A stretch of DNA of 64,000 nucleotides from a virus (lineage: Duplodnaviria > Caudoviricetes): positions 1 to 64,000 of the IMG/VR virus record IMGVR_UViG_3300042010_000129; one strand, 5' to 3'. Both the position numbers and the translations under genes were made by a program. The notes under the pieces were generated by a model. It made no database searches and was not told the origin of the DNA. It saw nothing but the letters and a program-made list of their open reading frames with translations. Each line of letters begins with the position of its first letter. Position 1 is the first letter of the stretch. This document shows positions 35,517-44,401 of the stretch, piece after piece.

Positions 35517-36773
35517 ATGGCGACCGCCGTTTTTAAAGGCATGGGCAGCATCCGCACCAACAGTGGCAAGGGTGATTCGCTCCGCTTGGACGAAGTTGTT
35601 GATATCATCCAGTGGCCGAAAAACAAATATTTCCTGTTCCGCATTTTGCCGATCATGCCGCTGCAAGTGCGTCAGGTCTGGATCAAACTGTGGGCCGGTG
35701 GCAAGGGCAAAGAAAAACGCGAAGTGAACATTCCGCGTTACGCTATCGACTTCGATCCGAACGATCCGGAAACCCCGAAAAAAGGCGTGAAGTGCCCGTA
35801 CATGGCGCTGGCCGACAAGTTCAAAGGCCAGAAAGAAAAGCCGGTGCGTGCATCCGACTTCTGGTTGTTCAACGTGATCGACCGTGACATGCAGGAAGAA
35901 GGCCCGCCGCGTAAAGCGTCGAAGCCAACCAAGGAAGAAAAGAATTCCGGTTTCAAGGATATCAATTCTGAAACTTGGACTCCGGTTCGCGTTGCCCGTC
36001 TGACCATGACTTCGATCAACCGACTGCAAGAATTGTCGGAAGAAAACAAAATCAAGTCGAAGAAAACCGGCAAAACCGCGCAGTACGACGTATCCGATGC
36101 GAAGTTCGGTTTCGATACCAAACTGAAATTCAAACCGGACGCAGCGGGCACCGACAAATATACCATCGACAAAGCGGACGGCCCTACTCCGCTGAGCGAC
36201 GAAGAGCAAGGCTATCTGACGTGGAACCTCACTGAAGAACTTCTGGACGCCACCGGTCGCATGACCGAAAAGGCTGCGAAGGAAGACGTCAAGCGTATGG
36301 AAATCATCGGCGGCGAAGAACTCGACGATGACGACGATGAAGACGAAGACGAAAAGCCGAAGAAAAAGAAAGGCAAATCCACTTCGCTCGACGACGATGA
36401 CGACGAAGACGAAAAGCCGAAGAAAAAGAAAAAGAAATCTTCCATCGACGATGACGATGATGAAGACGAAAAACCGAAAAAGAAAAAGAAGTCCAAGTCC
36501 ATCGACGACGATGATGACGAAGACGAAAAGCCGAAGAAAAAGAAAAAGTCTTCGGACAAAGACGCCAAGTCTTCCAAGGTGAAAAAGAAGTCGAAGTCGG
36601 ACGACGATGACGAAGACGAAAAGCCGAAGAAGAAAAAGAAAGCCAAGGAAGAAGAAGCTCCGAAGAAAAAGAAAAAATCTTCGGACAAGGAAGAGAAAGG
36701 CGGCGCCAAAAAGAAAGTGAAGAAAGCTGACAAGAAAGGCAGCGGCAAGAAAAAGAACGCGTGGGATGACTAA
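35517..36773 (+). CDS. gp32-like single-stranded DNA-binding protein with block-charged tail
   Basis: FRILP, KCP, FNVIDR and D..FGFD..LKF...YT pattern of phage OB-fold SSBs; directly upstream of the recombinase; acidic-aromatic C-tip AWDD. Confidence 0.65.
   Translation: MATAVFKGMGSIRTNSGKGDSLRLDEVVDIIQWPKNKYFLFRILPIMPLQVRQVWIKLWAGGKGKEKREVNIPRYAIDFDPNDPETPKKGVKCPYMALADKFKGQKEKPVRASDFWLFNVIDRDMQEEGPPRKASKPTKEEKNSGFKDINSETWTPVRVARLTMTSINRLQELSEENKIKSKKTGKTAQYDVSDAKFGFDTKLKFKPDAAGTDKYTIDKADGPTPLSDEEQGYLTWNLTEELLDATGRMTEKAAKEDVKRMEIIGGEELDDDDDEDEDEKPKKKKGKSTSLDDDDDEDEKPKKKKKKSSIDDDDDEDEKPKKKKKSKSIDDDDDEDEKPKKKKKSSDKDAKSSKVKKKSKSDDDDEDEKPKKKKKAKEEEAPKKKKKSSDKEEKGGAKKKVKKADKKGSGKKKNAWDD
36324..36647 (+). 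repeat. Five DDDDEDEKPKKKKK units in the SSB tail
   Basis: Near-identical gacgaagacgaaaagccgaagaaaaagaa units. Confidence 0.9.
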
Positions 36774-36840
36774 TCGGTAACTGCCGACTGGGCCTAGATT
36801 CTTAGGCCCACTTCCCTGATCTACCTGCTGTGGAGAATGC

Positions 36841-38403
36841 ATGGCAAAAACCGCCGTAAAGACCAAAAAGCTCGACCTTTCCGAAAAGGTTCTGAAGACT
36901 TCCAAGTCGAAAGTTCCAGCCGTCGTTGAGAAAAAGACTTCCAAGTCGAAAGCTCCGGCAGTGAAAGGCTCTAAGAGCAAGGATGTAGCCGTCGCGTCTG
37001 CAAAGTCCGACAAATTTGTCTTCAACCCTTACGCATCATTCGAAGACGAAATTGATAACATGGAAAAAAAGGTCGGCCTGACCTCCATGTCTGTCAACGA
37101 AAAAGAAGACCGATTGGGAACAGGCAGTCTCTGTCTCGATCTGCAAATGGCTGGTGGCCTTCTGGCCGGTGGCTGGTACACCTTCTACGGTGCGGAACAG
37201 TCGTGTAAAACCACGCTCGCCACAACCGTGATGGGTTCCATTGTTCGTAAAGCAGATTTCTTGGGGAAAGCGTTTTTCTTCGACTACGAAGGTTCGTTCT
37301 CCGCAGAATATGCGAACAACATGTGGAAATATAACGGTGGCGGTTCTGCCGGTACTGTTGAGCAGGTTTTCGGCCTGCAAGGTAAAGACGGCGAGTGGAT
37401 TATTCGCCCGCGTATTCGTAACTACGCGCCAGCAGTTGGCGAAGACTTTTTCGATGCGCTGGCTAGCACACTGAAAAAGCTTCCGTCTGTTCTGAAACTC
37501 GATGGTGATTTCTTCTACATTTACGAAAACACCAAAGCAAATCAGAAGCTGACCAAGGGTCACTACGACGTTAAATATTTCAAGAAGACCAACAAGTTCA
37601 AAGTCCCGGCGCCTCACGGTTTGCCGCAGGCTGTGTTCCTTGTGGACTCCTACCCGGCAATGCTTTCGCGTCGTGCAGATGACAGCGACGAAGGTAAAGA
37701 CGGTTTGGCCTCGCAAGCGCGTATGTTCTCTGACGGGATCAAACGTGTTAAAGGCCGCATGAAAGAAAAACGCGTTCTGGTTCTCGGCATCAACCAATTG
37801 CGTTCTGTTCCGATGGCGATGTACGGCCCGACCGAACAGGAACCTTGCGGTCAAGCGCTGAAATATTTCTCTGACGCTCGTTTCCGTATGTCTCCGATTG
37901 CGATTCCGCACGCGAAAGGCATGATGGAAGAAGAGCCGTCGATCAGCGGTAACGGTGTTGATACCTACCGTTACATCAAATGCCACGCATTCAAAAATAA
38001 ACTCGGTGGCCCGCAAAAATCCAACATGATCATGCGTTTGTATGTGTCGAACGAAGACGGCGAAGGCCTCGGTTTCGACCGCGTGTGGGATACGTGGATG
38101 TACTTGAAAGAAACTGGTCAGATTTCCGGCCAGCGCAACAAAATGAAATTCGCAGAAGGTACACCGTTCGCAGGTCACACCCTGTCGTACATGGATCTGA
38201 AGAAATTGGTCGATGGCAAAAAAGAATTGATCAAATCTTGCTGCGAAAAAATGAAGGTCAAGCCGCTGCGTATTTACGAGTGGTGCCGCAAGCAAATCGA
38301 ATCCGGCAAGGGTTACGATTTGTACCTTGAGCAAATCAAAGCAACCCACACCAAAAAGGCAGCGAAAGCCGCAGCCAAAGGTGACGGAGAGGACGAAGAA
38401 TGA
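36841..38403 (+). CDS. recA: RecA/UvsX-like recombinase
   Basis: GTGSLCLDL..GG, YGAEQSCKTT (Walker A variant), FLVDS, ASQARMFS, INQLR, GQALKYFSDAR. Confidence 0.9.
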   Translation: MAKTAVKTKKLDLSEKVLKTSKSKVPAVVEKKTSKSKAPAVKGSKSKDVAVASAKSDKFVFNPYASFEDEIDNMEKKVGLTSMSVNEKEDRLGTGSLCLDLQMAGGLLAGGWYTFYGAEQSCKTTLATTVMGSIVRKADFLGKAFFFDYEGSFSAEYANNMWKYNGGGSAGTVEQVFGLQGKDGEWIIRPRIRNYAPAVGEDFFDALASTLKKLPSVLKLDGDFFYIYENTKANQKLTKGHYDVKYFKKTNKFKVPAPHGLPQAVFLVDSYPAMLSRRADDSDEGKDGLASQARMFSDGIKRVKGRMKEKRVLVLGINQLRSVPMAMYGPTEQEPCGQALKYFSDARFRMSPIAIPHAKGMMEEEPSISGNGVDTYRYIKCHAFKNKLGGPQKSNMIMRLYVSNEDGEGLGFDRVWDTWMYLKETGQISGQRNKMKFAEGTPFAGHTLSYMDLKKLVDGKKELIKSCCEKMKVKPLRIYEWCRKQIESGKGYDLYLEQIKATHTKKAAKAAAKGDGEDEE

Positions 38404-38618
38404 AACCCGACGACGTAGTAACAGAAAACACGGCAGCGCACGCGGCAGGTATGACGGCTGCGTCGTTGGAATTCCTCAAGACCAATCTGGAAGCGCTCCT
38501 AAAATTGCAGGCATATTTGCAGGCAAATAAATTGGGCGGCGGTCGGGAAGTCGCGTTGTCGATTACCAACCTGCAACAAAGCATCTTCTGGCTGACTGAA
38601 GCCAAAATCAAAATCTGA
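38400..38618 (+). CDS. Acb2/Tad1-like helical hairpin protein, 72 aa
   Basis: GREVALSITNLQQSIFWL matches the RE.ALA.T.LEEA.MW pattern of that family. Confidence 0.6.
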   Translation: MKPDDVVTENTAAHAAGMTAASLEFLKTNLEALLKLQAYLQANKLGGGREVALSITNLQQSIFWLTEAKIKI

Positions 38619-38627
38619 TGCGGTAAA

Positions 38628-38656
38628 AGAGACGGGGGCCTTTTGGCCCCTTTCTC
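38628..38656 (+). terminator. Probable terminator
   Basis: ggggcc-tttt-ggcccc followed by tttctc. Confidence 0.6.
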
Positions 38657-38679
38657 CATTCTTGGGCCTAGAACTGCAT

Positions 38680-38949
38680 ATGGAAAATCCGATAATCAAA
38701 CCCGGCACCGTTACGCGGATCGGGGAATTGATCGAAGCAGAAAATAAAACCTACGGCGAAGAAACACGGGAACGTAACGCCCGCGAACGCCGCTGGAAAA
38801 AACCAGAAGAGGAAACACGTAGACCATACCGACCGCCGCTGATCGCAATGGGTTTTGGCGACCTGCTGCTGTTTTTGACTTTCTTCGGTCTGTGCATTTA
38901 CGCCTTTCAGAAATTCCTCAACTACTTGGATACTCTCAATCCGATTTAA
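38680..38949 (+). CDS. Small protein with C-terminal TM helix, ~89 aa
   Basis: FGDLLLFLTFFGLCIYAF hydrophobic stretch. Confidence 0.7.
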   Translation: MENPIIKPGTVTRIGELIEAENKTYGEETRERNARERRWKKPEEETRRPYRPPLIAMGFGDLLLFLTFFGLCIYAFQKFLNYLDTLNPI

Positions 38950-38963
38950 TCGTGGGGTACAAA

Positions 38964-39449
38964 ATGGAACAAAAACCTAAGTCGAAAGAAATCATGATCC
39001 TGTTACGCGCCCATTCGGGTTTCGTCCTGAAGGCCTACCGGGTGATGGTGCCTGATTTTTCTGAGCCGGGCTTCTACCGGGAAATCCGCTCACGCCAAGG
39101 ATTCACCAACCGCGAACATAAGCGCCGTGCAATCAAAAAATCCTGCGCTTCGTACATCGTGCATCACGACCTGCGCGACTACGAATCTTTTCAAGGTGGA
39201 TGGGAACGCACCTGCGCAATTATTGACGGCAGTGTTCCGCAACGCAGCACCGATCCAAACTTTATCCGTATTCACAACGCTCTGATTCCCTACCCAACTT
39301 TCCAAGGCATTTTCGAATTCTACAAGGAAATCGGTTTCAACCATCGACTGAATAAATACGCGCCGGATTCCTACGCGATGAAATTGGAAAACGACAAAGA
39401 ATTTCAGCGCACGGAATTTCATCGGGCGTCGTTTAATGCGCGTGCATGA
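38964..39449 (+). CDS. Hypothetical protein, 161 aa
   Basis: GGGG SD-like before MEQK. Confidence 0.75.
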   Translation: MEQKPKSKEIMILLRAHSGFVLKAYRVMVPDFSEPGFYREIRSRQGFTNREHKRRAIKKSCASYIVHHDLRDYESFQGGWERTCAIIDGSVPQRSTDPNFIRIHNALIPYPTFQGIFEFYKEIGFNHRLNKYAPDSYAMKLENDKEFQRTEFHRASFNARA

Positions 39450-39590
39450 CCACGCCGCGTTCGTCGGATGCCGGGGCAACCTAGCGGTCGGGTAGTTGAC
39501 AGGCACGGCCCCAGTGTGCTAGGCCGCAGCCCTCCCCAAGGCCCCCGTAGTACGGGCGTCTCCGGGCATAACTTCCGATATCGCGTGAGC

Positions 39591-39619
39591 TTGCCTAAGT
39601 GCTTGATTTTCGGTAGAAT
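39591..39619 (+). promoter_or_regulatory. Host sigma-70-type promoter
   Basis: TTGCCT-N17-TAGAAT. Confidence 0.65.
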
Positions 39620-39723
39620 TGACGGGTTCAGCGCGGTCGTGCTGAGCAACACACTAACGGAATATGGGAAGTTTCATTTCCCTGAATGCCATGCATACAA
39701 CCAGCAGTTTGAAGGATCGGTAT

Positions 39724-40197
39724 ATGGATATCGACTATCAGACATTCGAGTCCGGGGATTTTTCTTGCCTACTCGTTTTGTCTAACGGATGCGCAGATTC
39801 AATCGGTTATATTGCAGACCACATTCCACGCAAAGATAGCGTGCTTGTGGTGGCGTCTCATAAGAATATTGAGGCGGCGGAAAAGGAAGTGGCCGGGTAC
39901 ATTATGGCTACTGCAAACAAAGAAAGTATCTACGTGCATAACGTTTTGGTACTGGATAAGTTCCAACGCAAAGGCATCGCTACCAAGATGCTGATGGAAC
40001 TCGAAAAACTTATTTGGCAGGAGCGCGCTGAATACCCGATTATGCTTTTTACAGGCGAAGAAAATAAAGCGGCAATGAATTGTTATGCGAAGGCAGGTTT
40101 CACTATTGCCCTACGCATTCCGAATTGTCGCAACTCAGGCGAAGCACGAATAGCTCTGCGTAAAGACAGCAGCGTCGGCTATCATCTGGCGTCGTAA
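39724..40197 (+). CDS. GNAT (RimI-like) acetyltransferase
   Basis: YVHNVLVLDKFQRKGIATKML (motif A), NKAAMNCYAKAGF (motif B); AAGGA SD. Confidence 0.9.
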   Translation: MDIDYQTFESGDFSCLLVLSNGCADSIGYIADHIPRKDSVLVVASHKNIEAAEKEVAGYIMATANKESIYVHNVLVLDKFQRKGIATKMLMELEKLIWQERAEYPIMLFTGEENKAAMNCYAKAGFTIALRIPNCRNSGEARIALRKDSSVGYHLAS

Positions 40198-40280
40198 AAA
40201 GCAGTAGGAGCGAATGGTAATTTTATATTACCGGGGCAGTTTCTAGGCCCTTGCTACGTCTATAATCGGGGATTTACATA

Positions 40281-41531
40281 GTGGCTCATTCTAAATTTGA
40301 CGACCTGATCAAAGCGCTCAATGCCTTTGAATCCGGTATGGCAGAAAATACGCTCACGCGTAAAAGCGACATTATCAAACGGCTTGAAGAAATTTCGAAC
40401 CAAGCCACTATCCTGTTGAATCAGGGTAGCCTCCCAACGGGTAGCAAATCGACGCTTCTGAAGATCCGGAAACTGGTCAAAGAAACCGCCGAAGGTTTGC
40501 GCACCGACGTGTTCAGTTCCTTGGGGCCGATCCGTCGTATTTCTCGCGATCATTTGGGCACGCTTCACTCTGCATTGACTTTGCAGCTTGGCGGCGGTCT
40601 GACTGCTGAAGAGAAAACGCAAATCCGCGAAAGCTACGTCTCCGACGAAGATACGTCAGCCGAAGTCGAACGCCTCATTGAAGCATTCGATCCCGGTTCG
40701 TTGACCATCGGCGGCACGAAAGTTGATCTGCAATTGGCGCTGAATCATGTTCGCCAATTTCTGGATCAGAATTTCACGCTCTCGCAATTGCGCTCGATCC
40801 AGCCTTACAAATCCGGCGAATTGACTCCGGGCGGAAAGCCAGTCAAAAATCCTGACTCTGTTTGGAATGACCTCACGTACAGCGAAGTGCTGGCCGCGTC
40901 CGAGGAAACCCCAAAAGGCAAAACCCGTCTGGCCGCTCTCAAGCGCGAACTGGTCAAAAAACACGACGATGATTTGGCGACTCTTTCCGAGTCCTACAAA
41001 GAATTGTCGCGTCGTATGCCGCGAACCCTGAAACATCCCTTTGCCTCAATCTATTATCCCGTTGTTCCGATTTTCCAAGACATTGGCGTTTACAAAAATC
41101 CAACCCGTTTGGAAAACGCTGGCCTCAAGGTGACTCGCATTGGCGACCACTTTATCGTTCTGGAAAACCAACTGCTGCTGTGCATTGATCTTGATCGCAT
41201 CGGTATTAAAGACGGCATCCGTTTGACCAAAGACGGCCAGCGGATGAAAACTGTAAATAATAACAGTGCGTTGGAAACCGAAGTACACAAGATCGTTGGT
41301 CACATTAACGAAACGGCTCGCCACTCCGGCACTTCGTTTGCTGTTGCATCCGATACCATCGTGCGCAATCCGAACAACCCGCGAATCGCACTCGTCTGGT
41401 TGATTGAAGAAAAAGTTCGTAAGAAACTTGCCAACACGTTGACCAACACAAAAGTTCAGTGGGATATTCCGCGCCATCAAATGGAACCCACGCGTCTTAG
41501 CAAACGCCCTGCGCCAGCACGGACGAAGTGA
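40281..41531 (+). CDS. Hypothetical protein, 416 aa
   Basis: Long ORF with phage codon usage. Confidence 0.85.
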   Translation: MAHSKFDDLIKALNAFESGMAENTLTRKSDIIKRLEEISNQATILLNQGSLPTGSKSTLLKIRKLVKETAEGLRTDVFSSLGPIRRISRDHLGTLHSALTLQLGGGLTAEEKTQIRESYVSDEDTSAEVERLIEAFDPGSLTIGGTKVDLQLALNHVRQFLDQNFTLSQLRSIQPYKSGELTPGGKPVKNPDSVWNDLTYSEVLAASEETPKGKTRLAALKRELVKKHDDDLATLSESYKELSRRMPRTLKHPFASIYYPVVPIFQDIGVYKNPTRLENAGLKVTRIGDHFIVLENQLLLCIDLDRIGIKDGIRLTKDGQRMKTVNNNSALETEVHKIVGHINETARHSGTSFAVASDTIVRNPNNPRIALVWLIEEKVRKKLANTLTNTKVQWDIPRHQMEPTRLSKRPAPARTK

Positions 41532-42037
41532 CAGAAAAGTACAATGAGGGAGACTGCACGATTTGCGAAAAGTACCAGTCGCTTTTGCACTGGCACCACA
41601 CAATTCCGCAATCGCTTGGCGGTAAAAACAGCCTGCAAATCCCTCTTTGCGCTCAGTGTCATAACCTTCTGCATGCACATGCGTTGGCTATTTACGCTAG
41701 AACTAAAACAGGCCGAGCAATCCAGAAAAAATACTGGGCGACTCCGGCCATGGAACACAATGCAGGCCAGTGGTTAAAAATACTGGTAGAGGCAATTTTG
41801 TCTGACGAAGCTGTTGTGGGTAAACAGTACGTCATGCAATTCAAAGCGTCCCCTGCGTTGCACACAGCACTGCAACTGTTCAAATCGGACAGCAACGTAT
41901 CGTCGCTAGAGAAAGCGATGATATTAGCAATTAGTGATCATTTAAGAAATAGGGGCTACTTGGATAATGAGCGTTCAATCAGGGATCAAAGCACGGGTAA
42001 CAAAGGCACTTCGCGAAGTAAGCCCAACCTGTGGTGA
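41528..42037 (+). CDS. HNH endonuclease-domain protein
   Basis: CTIC...HWHHTIPQSLGG.N...LCAQCHNLLH. Confidence 0.85.
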   Translation: MTEKYNEGDCTICEKYQSLLHWHHTIPQSLGGKNSLQIPLCAQCHNLLHAHALAIYARTKTGRAIQKKYWATPAMEHNAGQWLKILVEAILSDEAVVGKQYVMQFKASPALHTALQLFKSDSNVSSLEKAMILAISDHLRNRGYLDNERSIRDQSTGNKGTSRSKPNLW

Positions 42038-42932
42038 TTGCAGCGGCCTACAAGACGACGTACTGGTCGAAGGAAATACGGTTCCATGTGGGGTGGTTCC
42101 GAAGGGTAATCTGACCAAGAAAAGTGCGACGGAAAAAGGTAATGTTTCGGCTAAAGAGTCCGCGAAAAACCGCGAACCAAAAACCGAGGCGTCTAGTATT
42201 TGTCCAAAGTTTTCGCCAAACACTCGCCCTGTCGGGGCGCTGGGCGATAACAAAATTGCTGAACTGGCTGACCTGATCGGCAGCATTGACGCTAAGGCCC
42301 TGCGTGCCCTTGGCGTCCTGATGTTTAACGAGCCTGCGACACGTGATCAAGGCATGACCTTTATGCAGAAGGTTTATGTTCGTTATCGCGGCGCAGCAAA
42401 CCGCAATTACATTTCCAATTTCATGCAAGCGTATGTCATGTACGCGACTTCACAGCAATACAAACTCATGAGCGCCGATGGCCGTTGCGTCCTGACTTAC
42501 GGGCCGCATTGCCGCCCGGTAATTCACACCGAAGCCGAATTTAAATCCATGTATGACAGCATGATGGCGAAAGGTGCATTGCTCGACCCTGATGCAACTA
42601 CTTTGATTTCCCGGCGCTGGCGCCACGAAGAGGAATTCAATCTCGGCATTTCTGATCTTGGCGATAAAATGGCTAAAGACGGAATCGGTGTTTCGACGAT
42701 TGACGATGTGTTTACCTCAAGTGGTGTTCGGAAAGGTCGCAAAAAAGGTTTGCCGGATCTTATCAGTCTGGTGGCCGATGCGGCAGCTGGTTACGACGTG
42801 GACAACATCGCCGCCAACTTTGTGGAACGCGACGTTAAGCGTGACAAAGGCGACGACGGTGATGATGACGCGCCGAAAAAGAAACGTGGTTCCGGGGTTA
42901 AAGTTCGTAACGTTCGTGGGGGTGCAGAATAA
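41967..42932 (+). CDS. Hypothetical protein with Cys motifs and D/K-rich C-tail
   Basis: TCGDC..PCG..CPKF; start uncertain because of the 71-nt overlap. Confidence 0.8.
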   Translation: MSVQSGIKARVTKALREVSPTCGDCSGLQDDVLVEGNTVPCGVVPKGNLTKKSATEKGNVSAKESAKNREPKTEASSICPKFSPNTRPVGALGDNKIAELADLIGSIDAKALRALGVLMFNEPATRDQGMTFMQKVYVRYRGAANRNYISNFMQAYVMYATSQQYKLMSADGRCVLTYGPHCRPVIHTEAEFKSMYDSMMAKGALLDPDATTLISRRWRHEEEFNLGISDLGDKMAKDGIGVSTIDDVFTSSGVRKGRKKGLPDLISLVADAAAGYDVDNIAANFVERDVKRDKGDDGDDDAPKKKRGSGVKVRNVRGGAE

Positions 42933-44038
42933 TGCTGGGTAAATACATCACTCAAATCGGAATTGATCCTCAGTCCCATGACGGGCAGCGCTTGATCGAG
43001 GAATGTATTCTCTGTTTGTCCGGCGTAAATTCTGCTTTCGATTTCCAGCGCAACGTCAAAACCATCGACCTGACCCCTACAGGTATGAGCGGAAAAGATG
43101 TGCGACTCGGCCTCATGGAAAAAAGCTATCTCACGGTCAACGTGAAATATGCAGCTTTGTTCCTCTCGCTTGTCCCAAACAATGCTGACGCCTACAACAA
43201 GCTCCAAGCGTATTTGAACGCGGAAGACATTGCGCTTTTCCGTCACTACTTTACGCGCCGTTCGTTCAAGGCCAACGTCAAGGCCTACGCTGTTGCGCGT
43301 GGTCTGATTGCCCGCGACGTTTCGATTGTGGCAATGCGTCGGGACAAAAAAGCGTTTGACGATCTTCTGGATAAAGCGACCCGCCACATTACATCCCGTG
43401 TGCGGAAAAAACTTAGTTTTGTGATGAAATCCGAAAACACCAGCAACAAGGATTTCAACGGCGACCTGACTTGCAAAGTCCTGCGCGCTTATCACTCGCT
43501 GATCCCGACAAAGCAGCCTGAAGCCTACATCGTGAATTACCTGCGCCGTTCCGCGTCCAATGAGACGACGAACCTGTGCAAGAAGCACACGACCGGCAAG
43601 CGGGGCCGTTTGGTGGCAACCGGTGATGACGGCTACGGCGGTCAGAATTATGAGGTTGTTTGCCGTTCGGAAAACCAGACTCACAAAGGCGCAGAAGGCG
43701 AGTCGGAATTCGACATGCTGATGGGTACTCAGGTTGAGGACTCGACGCCAACAATTGAATCGTCGATTTTAATGAGCCGTTTGTTCAGCAAGTTCAAAGG
43801 CCGCAAACTCAAAGTGCTGGAAATTTTGAGTGGGCACATCGACGAAGGTTTCACGCGGTTCCTGAAGCGCAATAATAAACTTGGCCGGGGCATCGACCAT
43901 ACCGACTACCAACGTCGTGTTCCGCACCAGACCTTTCTGAATACACTCGCTGAATATGTCGGCGTTTACCGGGAAGCGTTCATGCGTTTTGTGCAATACA
44001 TCGGTGGTGTACTGACTGCACATAAGGAGTTTGCTTAA
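42932..44038 (+). CDS. Possible second, ECF-like sigma factor, 368 aa
   Basis: AFDDLLDK..HITSRVRK..DFNGDLTCKVLRAY..NYLRRSASNETTNLCKK resembles sigma region 2 (weak). Confidence 0.45.
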   Translation: MLGKYITQIGIDPQSHDGQRLIEECILCLSGVNSAFDFQRNVKTIDLTPTGMSGKDVRLGLMEKSYLTVNVKYAALFLSLVPNNADAYNKLQAYLNAEDIALFRHYFTRRSFKANVKAYAVARGLIARDVSIVAMRRDKKAFDDLLDKATRHITSRVRKKLSFVMKSENTSNKDFNGDLTCKVLRAYHSLIPTKQPEAYIVNYLRRSASNETTNLCKKHTTGKRGRLVATGDDGYGGQNYEVVCRSENQTHKGAEGESEFDMLMGTQVEDSTPTIESSILMSRLFSKFKGRKLKVLEILSGHIDEGFTRFLKRNNKLGRGIDHTDYQRRVPHQTFLNTLAEYVGVYREAFMRFVQYIGGVLTAHKEFA

Positions 44039-44391
44039 TGGATGTGAAAGTCCACCTCAAGGACATGGAAGCAGACGCGCTGACCCTGTGGAAAGTGGAT
44101 GCTCCGATTACCTACAAGCGCCAGATTATGAAAGAGCTTTACAATCTGATCCGGCTGCAACCAAACCAAACTGACGTGCGCCTTTTTAATGATCTGAAGC
44201 GCACGTGCTACAACGTGACACGCGTCGAATTTGACTGTGCATTGGCCTCGCTGAAATACTTCGATGTGATCGGGATTCATCCCGTACCACTGGCAGAAGG
44301 CGATGTTTTCCACGTCAACCGGAAACGCCGCAGTGTCCCGCTTTGGAGAAAATACTTAAAACAACTTGGGGCCGCTTCCGTGGCATCGTAG
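44038..44391 (+). CDS. Hypothetical protein, 117 aa
   Basis: TAATG overlap. Confidence 0.8.
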   Translation: MDVKVHLKDMEADALTLWKVDAPITYKRQIMKELYNLIRLQPNQTDVRLFNDLKRTCYNVTRVEFDCALASLKYFDVIGIHPVPLAEGDVFHVNRKRRSVPLWRKYLKQLGAASVAS

Positions 44392-44401
44392 TAGGTAAAC
44401 T

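Noticed and set aside
36324-36770. PKKKKK patches as eukaryotic nuclear localisation signals or eukaryotic contamination
   Set aside because: SD sites, operons, intrinsic terminators and gene content are bacteriophage-type. The patches are treated as charge blocks instead.
37186-37215. RecA Walker A variant GAEQSCKT as a sign of inactivity
   Set aside because: The Lys-Thr, Walker B and other RecA motifs are intact, so a G-to-C change alone is not evidence of lost function.
39470-39515. GGGGC...GCCCCA as a tRNA or tmRNA end
   Set aside because: Only ~40 nt between the arms, with no T-loop or D-loop consensus.
39595-39610. CTAAGTGCTTGATTT resembling integrase arm-type sites
   Set aside because: Single copy, no integrase or att core nearby, and it forms the spacer of a sigma-70 promoter.
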